In this document: piece after piece, positions 17,159-18,454 of the stretch
How positions within the stretch are numbered: position 1 is the first letter of the stretch
Layout: every line of letters begins with the position of its first letter
Virus genome (UHGV): UHGV-0237303
Direction: 5' to 3' (one strand)
Origin: a virus
DNA length: 18,454 nt
Notes under the pieces: model-generated
What the model was told of the DNA's origin: nothing
The model's database searches: none
Seen by the model: only the letters and a program-made list of their open reading frames with translations
Made by a program: the position numbers and the translations under genes

Positions 17159-17349
17159 GCTTTATTCACCTGATATACAATATTTTAAATTTTAACTATT
17201 ATGAACGTATGAATTTTCACATTGGATGTATGGAAGTTCAACAACTATTGAAAGTTCAATTTTCACTCTTCGCACAGAGCGAGCTGTTAGTTGGAATTAG
17301 GGATCGTACAATCTAGAATAGCGGCAACACCACGTTAAGGGAGGTCGCT

Positions 17350-17610
17350 ATGTTCCGTTGTCCGCTTTGTGGCGCATCTGCCCGTATCCGCACAAGTCGT
17401 CCGGAAAATGATTCAAACACCGTGCGGCAAAAGTATTACCAGTGTAACAATCTGGAATGCGGCATATGCTTCTCAACACTGGAAGCTTTCCATAAATTCA
17501 CATCGAAACACGCCTCCGGCGTTCACTCTTCAGAAGGTATCCCGTGGCATGAGCTACCAGCTTCACACAGGGGAAACAATCAGATGAGTTTGCCTTTACC
17601 TCAGAATTAA
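17350..17610 (+). CDS. ogr: Ogr/Delta-family zinc-finger late transcription activator
   Basis: MFRCPLCGASARIRTSR...KYYQCNNLECGICF matches the remembered P2 Ogr pattern MFHCPLC...ARTSR...YHQCQNVNCSATF (C-x2-C...C-x4-C); strong AAGGGAGG Shine-Dalgarno; 86 aa versus 72 aa in P2. Confidence 0.8.
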   Translation: MFRCPLCGASARIRTSRPENDSNTVRQKYYQCNNLECGICFSTLEAFHKFTSKHASGVHSSEGIPWHELPASHRGNNQMSLPLPQN

Positions 17611-17800
17611 CAAGCAGAATTGCCGGAGTAACAAAAAAGCGATAGATTACGCGCGGGTGCCTTTCGGCTGATGGTCGGAGGGAATACCCGAAGGCCAGAT
17701 GTGGAAAGGCCCCGGAAAACACTTTTGTTTAACCGAGGCCCTAACCATCTACCCTAAGCAAGTGAAAGGTTAGCGCCTCTCCGGAAAAGGAGCAAGTGCT

Positions 17801-17941
17801 ATGTCGCAAAAATCGCTTACAGCCATCACGTTCTGCGTGACGGTAATCCTCATCATCTGGATGTTGCACGGTTCGCTGTGCGAAATACGGATGAGTTTCT
17901 GGGGAGCGGAGTTTGCGGCGTTCTTACAGTGTAAGCAGTAA
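17801..17941 (+). CDS. Hok/Gef-family type I toxin (small membrane peptide), 46 aa
   Basis: MSQKSLTAITFCVTVILIIWMLHGSLCEIRMSFWGAEFAAFLQCKQ: single TM helix with C-x-T and the family-typical SLCEIR motif; AAGGAG Shine-Dalgarno 8 nt upstream; below the 60-aa cutoff of the ORF track. Confidence 0.65.
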   Translation: MSQKSLTAITFCVTVILIIWMLHGSLCEIRMSFWGAEFAAFLQCKQ

Positions 17942-17950
17942 GGAAACCGC

Positions 17951-17972
17951 GACGGGGGAGTAATCCCCCGTC
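17951..17972 (+). ncRNA. Stable 3' stem-loop directly after the hok-like ORF (candidate mRNA 3' structural element / terminator)
   Basis: Perfect 9-bp stem GACGGGGGA / TCCCCCGTC with GTAA loop starting about 10 nt after the stop codon; not followed by a clear U-tract. Confidence 0.4.
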
Positions 17973-18202
17973 AATCGGTTGCCAGGGTAAGGTCGATAAG
18001 GCACCCTATCTCACGGCTCTAAATGCAAAAATTCCATGAAACTGTGGGATTTTTGCATCACTACTGATACAGATCTGACCTTCTTTATGTCTCACTCTAT
18101 ACCAGCTAATCAATTGACACTTATCAATAAAAAAAAATCTGATAAAATCAAAATGTTTTGTAACAAATATCAACTCGTATTGATCCAAAGGAGGCGGATT
18201 AC

Positions 18203-18454
18203 ATGGCATTAATCAAATGTCCTGAATGCCAGAAAGAGGTGAGCGATTCAGCATTGTATTGCCCTGCTTGCGGTAAACAAATAAAAAAACTTAAGCGTTC
18301 ATTTTTTGGAAAGCTCATTAAGTGGATTTTTATATTATTTAATATTTTTATGATCTATACGCTTTTAGTTGGACTGGGAGGCACTAGTGAAATAATAAAT
18401 AATGCTACATCCGATGCCGAAAAAACCGGTGCAGTTATTGGTACAGGCTTAGGT
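18203..18454 (+). CDS. Zinc-ribbon membrane protein of unknown function, 5' part only (open to the window end)
   Basis: ATG at 18203 with AAGGAGG Shine-Dalgarno about 8 nt upstream; 84 codons without a stop to the window edge; N-terminal CPEC-x10-CPAC zinc ribbon, then a TM helix (LIKWIFILFNIFMIYTLLVGLGG); AT-rich; absent from the track because it has no stop in the window. Confidence 0.5.
   Translation, partial: MALIKCPECQKEVSDSALYCPACGKQIKKLKRSFFGKLIKWIFILFNIFMIYTLLVGLGGTSEIINNATSDAEKTGAVIGTGLG

Noticed and set aside
17369-17722. ORFs 17369..17587 (+) and 17498..17722 (-) overlapping ogr
   Set aside because: Alternative-frame and antisense ORFs over a gene with a clear zinc-finger signature and strong Shine-Dalgarno.
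18006-18209. 67-aa minus-strand ORF in the AT-rich region upstream of the zinc-ribbon gene
   Set aside because: No Shine-Dalgarno, overlaps the likely promoter and ribosome-binding site of the + strand gene, codon usage unremarkable; kept only as a remote possibility.
1-18454. CRISPR arrays, tRNA/rRNA genes, IS elements, attachment-site repeats
   Set aside because: No regularly spaced direct repeats, no cloverleaf-like tRNA candidate, no transposase-like ORF or terminal inverted repeats were seen; prophage ends are not within this window.

Overview
This window reads as the late (lysis plus tail morphogenesis) region of a P2-like (Peduovirus-type) prophage from an enterobacterium, followed by AT-rich cargo. 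All calls are from reading the sequence and the ORF track against remembered family hallmarks; no database search or computation was run, and hand-counted coordinates for sites and hairpins may be off by 1-2 nt. Order on the + strand: end of a terminase small-subunit-like gene, L-like head completion, X, holin, M15-peptidase endolysin, overlapped Rz/Rz1 spanins, R, S, V, W, J, I, tail fiber H, tail fiber assembly. The C-terminal end of H and the assembly gene sit inside a ~1.8 kb invertible segment bounded by two inverted 26-bp hix/gix-like sites, with a serine DNA invertase immediately downstream. The sheath-tube-E/E'-tape measure-U block (FI, FII, E, T, U) lies on the minus strand, inverted relative to the canonical P2 order, leaving D divergent from FI. 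Downstream of D there is an AT-rich 340-aa orphan gene on the minus strand, then ogr, a Hok/Gef-family toxin gene missed by the ORF track, and a second AT-rich island opening with a zinc-ribbon membrane protein that runs off the window. The most promising candidate for an undescribed system is the 340-aa orphan between D and ogr (possible HEPN-like R-x4-H motif), with the ogr-distal cargo second. No CRISPR array, tRNA, rRNA or IS element was seen.
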